64,000 nucleotides of DNA from Heptranchias perlo (taxonomy: Eukaryota): the NCBI RefSeq assembly GCF_035084215.1, contig NC_090349.1:8680001-8744000 (forward strand), given 5' to 3'. The translations under genes and the position numbers were made by a program. This document shows positions 62,516 to 64,000 of the stretch, one piece after another; position 1 is the first letter of the stretch, and the number at the start of each line of letters is the position of its first letter. The notes under the pieces were generated by a model that saw nothing but the letters and a program-made list of their open reading frames with translations, ran no database searches and was not told where the DNA came from.

Positions 62516-64000
62516 GGCCCCGATATTACCAGGGAGGCGGGTTGGCGGGGGGGGAAGAGGGGGGGGGGGCGACTGGGCGCATGGGTAACCTGCCCAGTAA
62601 AATCCGTCCGTTCCCCACGCGATCGCGGGTAAATTGAAGCCACTTACCGTGGCTTCCGGGTTTCCCGCTGTCAACCAGCGCAGCAGGCGGACTGTGTACC
62701 CGCATCACAGGCTGTCAGCAGGAGGAGCTCTATTTGAAGGGGCAGTCTTCCAACGCTGCTCCTGGAGCAAACACCCAAAATTATAGAATAGGGCAGCCCA
62801 AGGGAAAGGCTGCTCCCAGATTTACTGATGCTTAATTCCAGGTCCTACTGGATGGGGTGAGGAGGAGGAGGAGGAGGAGGAGGAATATATTCTACCTGGC
62901 GGACGGAAGGATGTGGCCTGCCTCTGCCACCAAGAAGGCCTGGCTCGAGGTGGCAGAGGAGGTCACCAGCAGCAGCAACGTCTCCCACACCTGGATCCAG
63001 TGCAGGAAGCGCTTCACCGCACCCACCCCGCATCTCCTTCTGCACAGCCAACACTACTCTATCACATCACTCCTCACACCCACTCAAAGCTCATCCTCAA
63101 CTTACCTGCACTTACTCACCACTTCCTCGCCTCCCCAATACTCATCCCACCACTACCACTCAACCCAATCCTCATACAATGTCATCGCTCTATCTCATAC
63201 TCACTCTCTGATGCATCTCTTTCACAGTCAGCCTCACCCAAACCAATGCATTCAGCGGTTGGCCACGTCACCACCACTCACTCATGCCTCTCTACTTTCT
63301 CCCCTCATGGGAGAAGAGAGCCCAGAATGCACAGGAGAGGGCGTGGACCGGAGGGGGGCCGTAACATCTAGTCGTCCTCACAGACGCGGAGCAGGAGGCT
63401 CTGGAACTGAGCCACACCCTCGAGTGCCTGACCGTCGGGGACGCCGAGACTGGCACCCGACAAACGGCTGGTGACAGAATGGTTAACATTCAGCACACAC
63501 AATAGCAATTGATATTAACATGCCTTGCCATCTTCAGCAACTCAACATCTGTCATCATGCTTAATATTGCCTTCTGTTCTCTTACAGGGCCTTCAGCGAC
63601 CGCTGTGACGGCGGAGGGAGATTCCTCAGAGGACCTGCAGCCTCTGAGGGGGCACCATCACATCTGAGCGAGCCATCTACCAGCAGATACACACACCTCG
63701 GTGGGTCCCCGTCCTCAGTTAGCTGGGGTCGCACAAGATGAGTCACCACACACGTGAGCACGAGAAGACACTGGTGGCAGGGGCAACTGTGGAGAGTCTG
63801 CGTCGGTGGGAGCACTCTTCTCCAGGCTCTGCTCAGCTGGATACAGATGCTGAACCTTGGGGGCCATCCATGAAAAGGAGAATGATCGAGGGGCAGCAGC
63901 ACATTTGCGAGGCGCTGGAACAGGTGCCAAGCGCACTCTCTACAATCACGCAGAGGATGGAGGAGTCCAACTCCTGCATGAGTGGAATGGTTGCACAGGT
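62516..64000 (+). mobile_element. PIF/Harbinger DNA transposon left part, with a pseudogenised Myb/SANT-like ORF; runs off the window
   Basis: Abrupt GC rise at GGCCCCGATATTACC (putative TIR). Reads KAAPRFTDA*FQVLLDGVRRR...IFY...TKKAWLEVAEEV...TWIQCRKRF, a Myb/SANT-like (NAIF1/MSANTD-type) domain with an in-frame stop. Splice acceptor ttctcttacag at about 63587. Confidence 0.75.

Noticed and set aside
55330-64000. Upstream PPIL2 exons (U-box region), and likewise downstream exons before 6918
   Set aside because: No matching peptide with splice sites was found by eye; they are probably outside the window.

Overview
Eukaryotic, repeat-rich vertebrate genomic DNA; the repeat content suggests a cartilaginous fish (shark), which is an inference. 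The window spans the interior of one host gene on the minus strand, PPIL2 (U-box/cyclophilin, Cyp60). Four coding exons (55254-55329, 44378-44484, 13255-13344, 6918-6951) splice in frame across introns of about 10.8, 31.0 and 6.3 kb. The introns are packed with CR1 and L2 LINE fragments, Deu-type and LF-SINE-like SINEs, a solo LTR, a 30-bp minisatellite and a PIF/Harbinger remnant. The most notable content is a cluster of Penelope-like elements (PLEs). One is a very young, intact Neptune-type element (19042-23360) with a 902-aa RT + GIY-YIG ORF, a 14-bp TSD, inverted and direct pseudo-LTRs, and three minimal hammerhead ribozymes. The cluster also holds a 95-bp stand-alone hammerhead insertion with its own TSD and a compensatory stem change, a decayed second PLE family with a 26-bp micro-insertion, and an old RT remnant of a third PLE lineage. 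Two unclassified hairpin-forming repeat families and a candidate Pbx/Hox/Meis enhancer were also noted. Most ORFs in the supplied track are spurious or transposon-derived. All calls were made by eye, with no database search.
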